In this document: positions 36,345 to 49,029 of the stretch, one piece after another
Position numbering within the stretch: position 1 is the first letter of the stretch
How the letters are laid out: every line of letters begins with the position of its first letter
DNA from: Octopus sinensis
Taxonomy: Eukaryota
Assembly: GCF_006345805.1 (NCBI RefSeq)
Contig: NC_043003.1
Coordinates: 70,494,001 to 70,558,000, forward strand
Length of the DNA: 64,000 bases
Direction of reading: 5' to 3'
Notes under the pieces: model-generated
What the model saw: the letters and a program-made list of their open reading frames with translations, nothing else
Databases searched by the model: none
What the model was told of the DNA's origin: nothing
Program-made: the position numbers and the translations under genes

Positions 36345-39306
36345 TGGTTAAAAGATTAGTAAACAGCAACATTCCCACAAAAAGCCTTCTTGGCAAGAGC
36401 GTATCCAACAACATATTAAACTACTTCGGTCTGACATTGAATGTTTGAAAACCTTAAAGTTGACAAGACTACCAAACCTACAAAAACCCCAAAATTAAAG
36501 AAAAAATATAATATGAAAACTATACTTGATATTGATGCCACCATAGAAACCATCAAGCAAAAGGTATCTGCTAAAGCTGCCCGCAGAGCGAGGTATGAAA
36601 AGCGTGTTAGATTCTTCAAGGACAACAACATGTTCAAAAATAACCCCAAAACGTTTTACAGGAAGATAGGGAAAACACCAGTTACTGTAAAGTCTGTACC
36701 ATTAAAAGAAGAAGTGTAGGGATTTTGGAATAAAATTTGGGCAGAAGAAAAAACACACAACGATAGAATATCTACAGACTTGGACTCCTTAGAGGAGCAA
36801 AAGTGGGTGGGTGTCAAGGTAGAAGATATAAGATCTGCTCTCAGGAGGTCAAGCAAATGAAAGTCTCCAGGAAAGGATAAAATTCCTAACTTCTATTTGA
36901 ATGCCTTCCCAGAGAGCCATGAACTGCTAACAGAACTTTACAACGATGTTTTGCAACACTCTAGTAGGATGCCTCCTTGGCTAGGTAATGGTTTAACATT
37001 CCTGCTTCCAAAAAGTGAAGAAACAAATGAACCAAAAAACTATAGACCCATAACCTGCTTAACAACTATGTATAAAACGCTAACATTGAATATACCTATA
37101 GCTTTTTAATAGACAACAGACAGAAAGGATGTAAACGTGGATCCTATGGTTGTAAAGATCAGCTACTCATCAATAAGATGATCTTAGAAGATTGTCACAA
37201 ATGACACAAAAACTTGTCAATAGCCTGAATAGACTATAAAAAGGCTTTTGATAGCCTACCACAGAGTTGGATTAAGAAATGCTTGGAAATGTATAAAATA
37301 GCGCTTACTCTGCGAAACTTTTTGTCTGTAAGTATGAGATCATGGAGAACCACACTAACTTTGAACAGTGACGATGAATCTCTAAATGCTGGTGATGTAA
37401 AAATTTCATGTGGCATTTTCCAGGGTGACTCACTATCACCACTCTTCTTTTGTTTAGCCTTAATACCTCTCTCAAAATTGCTCAATGACGCACAGTACGG
37501 ATATAAAATGTTTGATAAAAATATAAATCATCTCATTTACACTTTTACAACTGGCAATAACAATGAAGATGCTACAATTGGCCTAGACACCTACCTGAAA
37601 AACTCTGAGGACTGGGTGTTAAAACTTGTCTCAAAACATGAAAAGCTCTTTGCAAAAAATGACCAACATTTCAAGGGCTTACTAGCGATTGTTAAACAAT
37701 TCAGTGATTACATCAGAATGAAATTTGGCCTCGATAAATGCGCAAAAGCTACCTTTATCAAAGGAAAAATGACAGAAACATCTAACGTTAACCTTGACCA
37801 GCAGAATGTCATAAAAGAGTTAGACCCAGCGGAGAGCTAGAAGTACCTGGGGGTAATTGAAGGGGACGGAATAAGGCATTCAGTGATGAAGGAAAGGATC
37901 AGGAGAGAATGTTATCGCAGAGTAAGAGCAATACTGAAGACAGAGCTGAATGCGAGAAACAGGATCGAAACGATCAATGCTTTAGCCATGCCAGTTGTGG
38001 CTTACAGTTTCAATATCGTTAACTGGTCAATTACTAAAATATGTAATCTTGACAGAAAAATACGAAAACTGTTGACAATGCATAGAATGCACCACTCTAA
38101 GGCAGATATAGAACGACTTTATCTGCCAAGAAAAGAGGGAGGCCGTGGATTTTTACAACTGGAAATAACAATGAAGATTGCTACAATTGGCCTAGACACC
38201 TACCTGAAAAACTCTGAGGACTGGGTGTTAAAACTTGTCTCAAAATATGAAAACAAGAAAGCATCATACTCAGTAACAAAACAGGCAAAGGAATATCTAA
38301 GTGGATTCCGAATACAACAAATTTCAGAATTAGACATACAAGAAACAAGCACAGAAAAAGCTAAGCGCATGAAAACCCGTGCTAAAACTGCTGCCTTAGA
38401 TATTCAGATTGATAAATGCCAAGACAAACCTCTCAATGGTAAATACCCAAAGAGAGCGAATAACGCAGATGTTGACAAAGACCTGACCCATCAATGGCTA
38501 ATGGCCTCTGGCGTAAAATCTGAAACAGAAGGGTTTATCATAGCAGCTCAAGATCAATGCCTACCTACAAGGAACTACCAGGCCAATATATTGAAGAACG
38601 GCAGAAGACCAACACGTCGTGTATGTCTACAACAAAATGAAACCATTGATCATGTTGTCTCCAAGTGCAGTATTCTTGCGCCTACAGAGTATCTCAACAG
38701 GCATGATAGAGCTGCACAATATATTTACTGGGTAATTTGCAAAAGTCTGGACTTGCCCCATGATAAAAACTGGTGGGAACACAAACCACCTCCAGTGCTT
38801 GAAAATGACCGCACTTCACCATTCAAACTGACAGAAAGATAGACATCATAGTAAAAGACTTCAGACAAAAACATGCCTCCTCATTGATATGACTGTCCCA
38901 ATCGATATAAACGTATCTGTCAAGACCTACCAAAAACTGAGCAAATATAAAGATCTTGAAATAGAAATCAGCAAAACGTGGAACCTGAAGACTAAAACAA
39001 TACCTGTTGTCATATGTGCCCTGGGAATGATAGCAAAAGGGGCTGATTGCTACCTAACTCAGATACCAGGAAACCTCAAACTAGCAGAAATTCAAAAGAT
39101 AGTGCTCATGGGAACTGCTCATATCCTACGCAAAATACTTTCTATGTAATCTCAAGTTTTAAAACAAACAATTTTCGTATGGTTTTTTAGACATTCACTA
39201 GTACAACAGTAAGTACAAAACCAAATATATGGCACCCTAGGCATAGAGGTCTCTGGGTGAGACTTGGAGCCAACTTGTACAAATGTAAAGCAAAAGGCAA
39301 ACATAG
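36344..39306 (+). mobile_element. 5'-truncated, inactivated R4/Dong-clade non-LTR retrotransposon (RT, CCHC knuckle, RLE)
   Basis: NYRPITCL, QKGCKRGSYGCKDQL, DYKKAFDSL, GIFQGDSLSPL, FGLDKC, LYLPRKEGGRG, ETIDHVVSKC, RHD, DMTVP, KLSKYKDL, IPVVICALG, ILRKILSM*; many stops and frameshifts; 3' UTR to 39306; (TAA)n on both flanks. Confidence 0.93.
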
Positions 39307-39350
39307 AATAATAATAATAATAATGATAATGAAGATGATGATGATAATAA

Positions 39351-39896
39351 ATGCCCTGACGCTGTGCTAGTCAGTGGATCTCATAGCTTTTGATCTTAAT
39401 TGATTGGAAGTGCTATCATGTAAATAGTTTTGTCTTGGTATAAAAGATGGGCTACAGCAAATTTTCTGCTCAATACCACAGATTTGCTTGTCAGTTGTTT
39501 GACCTTAACCGTTTGAGCATGTTCCTTTGTGGCTTACGATATGTGCATCTCTGATCACGAGCAGAAGTATCATAGCTATGTGTTGAGAGGAAGTTTTTGT
39601 GGTTTGGACAATTCATGTTTAGAAATATGGGTGTTTCCTTCAACATCCTTAAACAACTCATATTAAGGGACCTTTTGAACATGATGGATTACTTAACCTG
39701 AACGCAATTCTAACTGGGGTCCCACCTGCGAGGCCATGCGCTGTTTATCTTGATATGAGATCACCATGTCGCGCACATATAGTTGTGATGCATGTGCCTG
39801 GTGTACCTTTATCAGACGGGTAGTCATGATGGGTATACTGGGCTTCGTATAATTTACCCGACTGTCATTTTGATGACATGCACTGCTCTCTCACTC
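39351..39896 (+). mobile_element. (TAA)n-flanked 550-bp non-coding repeat, copy 1
   Basis: Starts ATGCCCTGA, ends CTCTCTCACTC-(AAT)n; homologous to 40021-40576. Confidence 0.85.
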
Positions 39897-39938
<42 letters not shown>

Positions 39939-39940
39939 GA

Positions 39941-40576
39941 ATGCCCTGATGCAGTACCAAATGCCCTGATGCAGTACCAAATGCCCTGATGCAGTACCAA
40001 ATGCCCTGATGCAGTATAAAATGCCCTGATGCAGTACCAGGCAGTGGCTCTCATGGCTCCTGATCTTAACTGATTGGAAGTGTTATCATGTACATTGTTT
40101 TGTCTTGGTATAAAAGATGGGCTACAGCAAATATTCTGCTCAATACCACAGAGTTGCTTGTCAGTTGTTTGACCTTAACCAGTTGAGCATGTCCCTTAGT
40201 GGCTGACGATATGTGCATCTCTGATCACGAGCAGAAGTAGTGGGGGAGCATCATAGGCATGTGTTGAGAGGGATTCTTTGGGGTTTGAATAATTCACCTC
40301 TGGAAACATGGGTGGTTCTTTCAACATCCTTAAACAACCCTTATTCAGGGACCTTTTGAGCGGGATGGGCTACTCAACCTGAAGAAAATTCTAACTGGGC
40401 CCCACCTGCAAGGTCATGCGCTGTTTATCTTGATATGAGATCATCATGTCGCGCACATATGGTTGTGATGCATGTGCCTGGTGTACCCTTATCAGACGGG
40501 TAGTCATGATGGGTATATTGGGCTTCGTATATTTTACCCCAGTGTCACTTTGATGGCATGAACTGCTCTCTCACTC
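39941..40576 (+). mobile_element. (TAA)n-flanked 550-bp repeat, copy 2, with four extra copies of its first 20 nt
   Basis: ATGCCCTGATGCAGTACCAA-type units at 39941, 39961, 39981 and 40001; body from 40021. Confidence 0.88.
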
Positions 40577-40608
<32 letters not shown>

Positions 40609-40696
40609 CAAGAGTAATAATAATAATAACAATGATATTAATAATGATAACAATAATATTAATAATAATGATGATAATAATAATAATAATAATAAT

Positions 40697-40878
40697 CCTT
40701 TCTGCATAAGCGCAAGGCATAGAACTTTGGAGGAGGTACTTATTGTAACTAGTACTTATATTATCGAACCCGAAAGGATGAAAGACAAAGTCGACTTTGG
40801 CGGGATTTGAACTCAGAACGTACGGACGGACGAAATACCGCTGAACATTTTGCCCAGGATACTAACGATTTCGCCATC
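40697..40878 (-). mobile_element. SINE family A with (ATT)n tail
   Basis: Core motif reverse complement; abuts (AAT)n. Confidence 0.8.
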
Positions 40879-40989
40879 TCTGTTGTGGTAGAGAATTGCA
40901 AATTCTATGATCTTACGCTATTTATTTTCTCCTCTATAATTATACCTGATCTTCTTGCCTCAGTAGTATAGCCAATTTTATTTCTCGAT

Positions 40990-41280
40990 ATTTATCAGGA
41001 CTGAGGAGGCTGTGGAAGACCAAAACAACATTTATTCCTGTAGTAATTGGTGCACTTGGAACAACACCTAAAATACTACCTAAAAGACTGAAGGAGATTA
41101 GAATTGAGATTCGCGTTGTTGACTTGCAGAAAAGAGCAATCTTGTATTCTGCAAGAATCCTAAGAATGATTCTTAGGCATTCAGGAGACTTGTTGTCACT
41201 ACGGAGCCACAAAACACTGGTGCTTATGACACCACCGGATTGAATGGTACTGCCCAGGTGTCGAAACCATAGTGATATTC
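40990..41280 (+). mobile_element. R4-clade LINE 3' fragment
   Basis: RLWKTKTTFIPVVIGALGTTPK..VVDLQKRAILYSARILRMIL. Confidence 0.8.
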
Positions 41281-41439
41281 GCTTGGCTGCTGAGGATGGT
41301 AATACATGTTTATTATGCTTGATTGTGAATTTCTTATATCTTAGACTCGTTTTTCTGAATTGTCTTTCATTCATGAAAAGTGGAAAGTGTTTGTGGATTG
41401 ATAGCCTGTGGAGATCGTTTACTTTGGTATTGTTTGGTT

Positions 41440-41640
41440 TTCTCCATAGGAAACCTAATTAGACTTGGAAAATGCTTAAATATCGGAATTGAGGCTCACG
41501 TTGTTGACCTGCAGAAAAGTACCATCCTATATTCCACAAGAAACCTAAGAAAGATTCATAAGACTTGAGGAAAATTGTTGTCACGAAACCTCAAGATAAG
41601 ATACCTGCTGACTAAATCTGTATGCACTAGAGAAATAATA
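41440..41640 (+). mobile_element. R4-clade LINE 3' fragment, second copy
   Basis: IGIEAHVVDLQKSTILYSTRNLRK; ends GAAATAATAAT. Confidence 0.7.
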
Positions 41641-41874
41641 ATTTTTGTTGTTGTTTAAAACCGGGTGAACATTAATCGAGTAGAGCTGTGATGAGAAGTT
41701 GTTCTAACCGTGACAATCACCTCATATTTTTATGACAATCCAGGACTACATTAGGCCTGTTGAGTACGTGTACACACACACACTTGCACATGTACATACA
41801 CACACATACACACTCACACACACAATGTTTTAACTGACCCTTTTTCTAGTGAAAATAAGTATCCAAATAGACAT

Positions 41875-42465
41875 CAGCATGGCAGTGTGGCTAAGGAACT
41901 CGTTTAACAACCACGTTTTCGGGTTCAGTTCCACCACGTGGCACCTTCAGTAAATTTCTTCTGTTATAACCATAGGCCAATAATACCCAGTGAGTGGATT
42001 TTGTGGATGGAAAGTGTGGAGGCTCGTTGTATACATGTGTATGCATGTGTGTCTGTTTGTGTCTGTGTATGTGTGTGTGTGTGTGTGTCTGTGTGTGTGT
42101 CTGTTTGTGTGTGTGTGTCTGTTTGTGTGTGTATGCGCGTGTGTGTGTGTGTATGCGCGATTGTGTGTGCTTGTGTATGTGTATGTGTGTGTCTGTCTGT
42201 ATATGTATGTGCGTACGTGTGTGTGTATGCATGTGTTTGTCTGTCTGTATGCGTGCGTGCGTATGTGTGTGTATGTGTGCATCTTTGTGTCTGTGTTTGT
42301 TCCCCAGTCCACCGCCTATGCCTCTTAACGGTTTGGCAACACAAACCGATATAAAACGCATGAGACTCTAGAGGTACTGGGGCCGATTTTTTCGACCAGA
42401 ATCCTTTCAAGGCTGTGCCTCAAAATGGTTGCAGTCCAAGACTGGAACAAGTAAATGGTAGAAGA
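41875..42465 (+). mobile_element. SINE family B with expanded (about 270 bp) internal TG-rich microsatellite
   Basis: Head, central block, long (TG)-type array, 3' module. Confidence 0.8.
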
Positions 42466-42699
42466 TAATACTTACCGTATCATAGCGTCATCATCGTCAC
42501 CACCACTGCCAAACCATTACCACCACCACCACCACCACCACTACAATCCTCCTCATCCCCCTCCTCCTCCCTCTCCCCCTCCTCTTCCTCATCATCATTA
42601 TCATCATCATCATTTCCGTTATGATTATTGTTGATCAGTTTCAATCCAGCTCCGATCAAGACCGATAAAGTTGGAAGGCATTGTCATGTTTTTACCGCC

Positions 42700-42740
<41 letters not shown>

Positions 42741-43659
42741 AAACACACAAACACACACACACACACACATTATATAACAGGGATTATAATGCCCAGTAAA
42801 TGTTTCTTTATTGTGGTAGCTGGGATGTAATTTGAAGGGGATTTAGCTGCTGTTTCTAGTAGCTCGAACTACATCGTCGAGGCATCTTCCTTTGTCTCTT
42901 CACCGTTGTCCATGCACATTCGTGTCCACATGTTAAAGCACCTGTTAGTTCAGTTACAAGTACAATTTAATTTCATTCACGAATTTCAGGCTGACAGTCA
43001 TTCAAATACTTCACTTAATCATTATTTTATGTGAAAAAGAAGGCGACGCGTTGACATGTCGGACAAAATGGTTAGTCTCATTTCTTCCAGCTCTTTACAT
43101 TCTGAGTTCGAATACCTCTCAGGTCGGTTTACCCTTTCATTAGAATAAGTAACAGTTGATGTACTTGACTTGTTTTCTCATCTAAAATGTTGCAGACCTT
43201 GATCCGAAATTTTTGTCGCATTCACTGCGATTGATCACTGTCGCAGATGGTGGAAAAAACTCAGACACAGCTATGAAATGCTTAAATGAAATCAATAGCT
43301 TTTGTGTGCTTTTGAAAGTCTATTTGTCTTCTACGCAGTAACTGTATTACACGGTCTCAGATCAAATCACTTGCAAGATAATTACATTGCTTTTATTTTA
43401 TTCAAATTATCAAAATTTGTTTCTCTGTACATGCAGGCCATTCACTGCATGCACGTACAACAAAATTGAGATTAATTGAATAATTAGTTGATTAGCTATT
43501 ATCTGTTGTTAGAGTGTTGTGCCGAAACGTAGTGTCAAAGGGAATTATAAAGTTTCAACGTCAGATTAATTATTTTAATTAGATTTTAACAGCGTGCATC
43601 ATAATTCTGGATAAATTAAGAAGTAGGAAACTCTAACCTAACATCATTAAGCAAATTCT

Positions 43660-43890
43660 TTGACTTATCCGATATTGGCTTCAAATTTTGACTCAAGGCA
43701 ATCAGTTTCGTGGAGAAAGGTTAAGTCGATTACATCTGTTCCAGTGATTTCTTGGTATTTATTTTATCGACTCGGAAATGATGAAAGACAAAGTCGACCT
43801 CGACGGAATTTGAAGTCAGAATGTAAAGACAGACAAAATATCGCTAAAGATTTTGCCCAGCGTGCTAACGTTTCTGCCAGCTCGCCGCCT
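43660..43890 (-). mobile_element. SINE family A
   Basis: Head and core on the minus strand. Confidence 0.85.
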
Positions 43891-43900
43891 TAAATACTCT

Positions 43901-44450
43901 TTTCTACTCTGTAGGTACGGGGCCATTCGATTACATCGGCCCTAGTACGCAACTGATATTTAATTTATCAACCCCGAAAGGATTAAGGGCAAAGTCGACC
44001 TCGGCGGAATTTGAACTCAGGACTTAAAGACAGACGAAATAATACCTATTTCTTTACTACCCCCAAGGGCCTAAACACAGAGAGGACATATAAAGACAGA
44101 CAAACGGATTAAGTCGATGAGATCGACCCCAATGCGTAACTGGTATCTATTTAATCGACCCCGAAAGGATGAAAAACAAAGTTAACCTCAGCGGAATTTG
44201 AACTCAGAACACAAAGACAGACGAAATACCTAATTTCGGGGCTAAATACAGAGGGGACAAACAAGGACAGACAAACGGATTAAGTCTATTATATCGACTA
44301 CAGTGCGTAACTGGTACTTATTTAATCGACCCCGAAAGGATGAAAGGCAAAGTTGACCTCGGCGGAATTTGAACTCAGAACGTAGCGGCAGACGAAATAC
44401 TGCAAAGCATTTCGCCCAGCGTGCTAACGTTTCTGCCAGCTCGCTGCCGC
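43901..44450 (-). mobile_element. SINE family A with three units
   Basis: Three GAATTTGAACTCAG/core units and one head. Confidence 0.9.
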
Positions 44451-44515
44451 TTAAGGTATCATTTATTGACAGAAGAACTGTAAGAGAAAACAATTCAAGC
44501 TATCTTCGAGGTTGG

Positions 44516-45017
44516 ATATGTCATCAATGCCTCATTAAATCACTGAAATAGCTTTCATCATTGAACGATAACACATTATATTCTCGTTTGTCATTTCGTC
44601 ATGTTTTGTAAAATTAATGATGCGTAGGTACACCATATTACGTTATGCAACCATAATATGCTACAAACTTTATTAAACGTTTTTATAAGTCAATACTATG
44701 TTCTACTGTGTTAGCAGTACATTATTTTGTAAAAGTTATCTCTACAGATTTTCTATAAAAGTTATAGTGACGTTTAGTCTGAGTAGAGATGGCCTTAATA
44801 AGTGATTTAATAACACTGCTAACACAGCAGAACACGATATTGACTTATAAAAGCATTTAATACAGTTTGTTGTATATTGTGGTTGCGTAACGATATATGG
44901 TATCCCTACACGTCATTAATTTTTCAAAACATAATAAAATGATAAACGAGACTATAATGTGATATCGTTCAATGATGAAAGCTATTTCAGTGATTTAATC
45001 AGGCATTGATGACATAT
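44516..45017. repeat. 500-bp fold-back element
   Basis: ATATGTCATCAATGCCT..TAAATCACTGAAATAGCTTTCATCATTGAACGATA and its reverse complement at the right end. Confidence 0.9.
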
Positions 45018-45024
45018 TCTAGCC

Positions 45025-45211
45025 CGTTAACAAGTTGACTTGAGCTAACGGAAGTTAACTCGAGTTGACTTCAATTAACGGAAGTTAAATGTAACGGAAA
45101 TTAATTAGACCGATAATGATTTCCAAAGTAACTTAAATGTTAAATCGTTAACGAAAATGTTAATTCCGTTAATTAACGATTAACGAATTAATAGTTTCGT
45201 GCCCAGGTTTG
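45025..45211. mobile_element. Probable hAT-like transposon end with TAACG/GTTAA subterminal repeats
   Basis: Repeated TAACGGAA(G/A)TTAA; ends GTGCCCAGGTTTG. Confidence 0.4.
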
Positions 45212-45409
45212 CCCATTACCCATCTTTTATCTTCGATCTCATTATTGATATTTATGTCTGGCGTCTCGTATAGGAAACGTCGTAACAAAAATCCGGGCTG
45301 GCTATCGTTTCTATAGAAATGATAGCATGGAAGTTGGCACGTAAATCCACCCTGAGGATTTCTTTAGTGAAATGAATCGAACTCGTTCCCTTTTTTTTTT
45401 CTTAATATA

Positions 45410-45529
45410 GTACTTATTCTTTCTGATTCTTTTGCCGAACCACTAAGTTATGGGGGACGTAAACACACAAACTGTGGTAGCGGACAAACACAGAGAGAAT
45501 GATGCACACACACACACACAAATACATAC

Positions 45530-45573
<44 letters not shown>

Positions 45574-45985
45574 ACACACACACACACACAAACATCTATT
45601 CATAGAATAAGTGCTGTATTTGTTGTATATATAAACAGATTGGCTGCTTGTTTCTCTGGAGACAGTCAGAATGATGTGGACGCCTCTGATGAGAACCCAA
45701 TAAGGTTAAAAGACTGATTAAAGTTGTTCGTTTTGTATCAGTCTGCGGAGAAATGGCTAAAATTTTCCCTGTTTATAATTATACCATATGTTACACACAC
45801 ATACACACACATACAAACACACACATATATATATGAGAAAGGGCTTCTTTGTGCTTCTGTCTACCAAATCCACTAACAAGGCTATAGCAGAAGACATTGG
45901 CTCAAGGTACCACGTAGTGGGACTGAACTCGGAACCATCTAGTTGGGAAACAAGCTTTTTACCACAGAGCCATGCCTGCGCCTAT
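45410..45985 (-). mobile_element. SINE family B with a nested insertion in its microsatellite
   Basis: 3' module at 45410-45500, head at 45835-45985; foreign sequence at about 45595-45790 containing CTGATGAGAACC..GGTT. Confidence 0.7.
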
Positions 45986-46829
45986 GTATGTGTGTTTGTG
46001 TGTGTATGTGTTTGTGTGTGTGTGTCTGTCTGTTTGTAAAACCTTCAAGTATTTTGCATTTAATTTTAAATTCATTGCTAAGTGTCATAGCATTAATTTG
46101 TCCGAATGACAAATTAATTGTAATAATTTTATAAATCAAGTGTAATTGTTGTTTTAAGGATTTTTATGAAGTTTAACAATTTTACATGTTGTCGTACTAA
46201 ACTGAGATGAAATTAATGTTATTTGACTAAAATATGTTTACACGGCTAAGTTTTCTGAGATTATGCCCAAACGTAAGAGAAATCAGATTATATGACCTAC
46301 AGCGTTCGAGGCAAATGCAAACTCGATAACTGAGTCGCAAATGGTAAATACAGGGTGTTTCATTCAAAAGGAACTTTCATTTCTCGTTCACTTAATACTT
46401 TAGAGTCGGCTTTAAGGTTTCAGCTCAATTTTCGTTCAGTTAACAAACGAAGTTGAAATCCATTTGATTTCGTCGTCAAATCTGTTTGAGAAAACAAAAA
46501 CCTTAATGGAATCTCGACACATTGTTTCATCGCTGATAAACTGTTCACTAATTAATTTACCCGTCACATATCACACAATTTTACGATCCAATATCAGTGA
46601 AGTCATTCAAATTTGAGCATGTATGTATGTATATACATTTATCTATATATATATGTGTGTGCGTGTATATATATGTCTATGTATATATATATATGTCTAT
46701 GTGTATATATATATGTCTATGTGTATATATATGTCTATGTGTGTATATATATACACACACATATATATATACACACACAAATATATATATATACATATAT
46801 ATGTACACACACACACACACACACACACA

Positions 46830-46896
<67 letters not shown>

Positions 46897-46919
46897 CATA
46901 CATATATGTATATATATAT

Positions 46920-47175
46920 GGAGGCGCAATGGCCCAGTGGTTAGGGCAGCGGACTCGCGATTGTAGGATCGCGGTTTCGATTCCCAGACCGGGAAAACAC
47001 CTAAAGCTACACGAGGCTTCGGCGGTGGGCGATCCCTGCTGTACTCTTTCGCTATTGGCCTGCTCGCTTAGCCAGCGGGGTGGCGTCATTTGAAGGCTAA
47101 AACAATGCGAAGCGCATTGTGACGTGCGATGTGTAGCAACATCTGATAGCCTGGTCGGTCACGGTGATCACGGGG
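46920..47175 (+). mobile_element. SINE family D
   Basis: GGCGCAATGGCCCAGTGGTTAGGG A box, GGTTTCGATTCCC B box; tail differs from the 30708 copy. Confidence 0.85.
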
Positions 47176-47213
47176 ATATATATATATATATATATATAAT
47201 TAATCAATATAAG

Positions 47214-47269
<56 letters not shown>

Positions 47270-47283
47270 ATATATATCTGTCA

Positions 47284-47328
<45 letters not shown>

Positions 47329-47419
47329 GTGTGTGTGTGTGTGCACATATATGTAAGTTTATTTTAGCGACATGATTCTGGGTTATCCTTCATTCTTCTA
47401 AAGTGGAAAGTGTCTGTCG

Positions 47420-47810
47420 TTTCACAGTGGAGATCGCCTAATTTGTAACGACATGGTTTCGGGTTCAATCCCACTGCCTGGCATATTGGGTACGTATCTT
47501 TATACAATAGCCTCGAGCCGACCAAAGCCTTCTGAGTGAACTTGGTAGACGGAAACTGAAGGAAGCTTGCTGAATATAGAAATATATATGTATATGTGTT
47601 TGTTAGTGTGTGTGTGTGTGTGTTTACTCCCCCCCCCCATCATCGCCTGACAACCGATGTTGGTGTGTTTACGCCGCCGTAATCTAGCAAAAGAACCGAT
47701 AGTATAAGTACTAGGTTTACAAAGAATACGTCCTGGAGTCGATTTGTTCAGCTAAAAGCAGTGCTCCAGCATGGCTGTTGTCAAATGACTGAAACAAATA
47801 AAAGAATAAC
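47420..47810 (+). mobile_element. SINE family B
   Basis: GGGTTCAATCCCACTG, central block, microsatellite, 3' module. Confidence 0.85.
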
Positions 47811-48904
47811 AGAATATATATATATTTTGTGTGTATATGTATATATACGTATATGTGTCTATATATATATATATACATTATATGTATATACATATATATA
47901 CATGTATGCATGTATATATGTATACACCCATATGTATGTATGTATGTATATATATATATATATATAATATATAATATATATATATATATAATATACATAC
48001 ATATACATACATACATATATATGTATGTATATACATACAACTGTAATCTGAGTTGGATAGCTGCAAAAATACTTTTAGGGTAAAATGTTGTGTAAAACTT
48101 AGATGTTTCATAGGTTTTCAATATAACATAAAAAGCGGGGTGTTTTTTTTTTTTGCTTGTTTTTAAACCAAGCCAAATTCCTCTCTAGCTTAATTTTATT
48201 TCATCACCATTTCAAATAAAAAATGTCTACTAAATAACCACAAAATACTCGTTTGTTATCCATCAGAGCCTAATTAAATCTGCATAGGAACCTATCGTAT
48301 AACTCATATATATTCATAGGCCATGTCAGAGAGCATAAGAACACGCTCCTGTTGTTGAAATATTCCTCATAATCTATGATATCAAATGAAATTACACTAG
48401 TCTCCCTGATGTCATTTGTTGCCAGGTTTCTTGTTCCTTAGTAATATGACACAGGAAATATATACCACAGGCGATCACTTGGCATATATTAATATATTAA
48501 TATATTTAGCATGCCAATATATTTAGAATCTTACATACGTAATGCAATCTCACTTGAGATTATACAAGCAACTTAATAAAATGTATCGCCCGGAGTGCTT
48601 AAAATCTGAAAGCAAAACAAAAACTAAGGGAGATGATTCGAATAAGATCAGTTGATTGAAATTTTTAGACACTTTATACAATGCAGATTGGAGAGGATTT
48701 AAAGCCAATTGGTGAAAGTAACGAATACGTTATTACTTACTCTATTAGACCATTTCAATATTTTTGTCAGTAGGCAGGACTAAGAGTAATACATACGCAC
48801 GCACACACATACACACAGGTACACAGGTACACACTGACAACACACACACACACACCACACACACACACCACACACACACACACATATATATATATATAGA
48901 TATA

Positions 48905-48944
<40 letters not shown>

Positions 48945-49029
48945 TTATATAAATAAGGATAAGATCGTTAATTTAAAATATCAATCTTATCAAGTGGCCA
49001 GCATGGGAATAAAAACCTTCAAAGGTAAT

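Noticed and set aside
43510-43540. GCCGAAACGTAGTGTC as an HHR 3' half
   Set aside because: The upstream core and stem II are not recognisable
46346-46600. TACAGGGTGT mariner-like TIR (also ATTAGGTTGAACGGG near 59840)
   Set aside because: No matching opposite TIR or transposase remnant found
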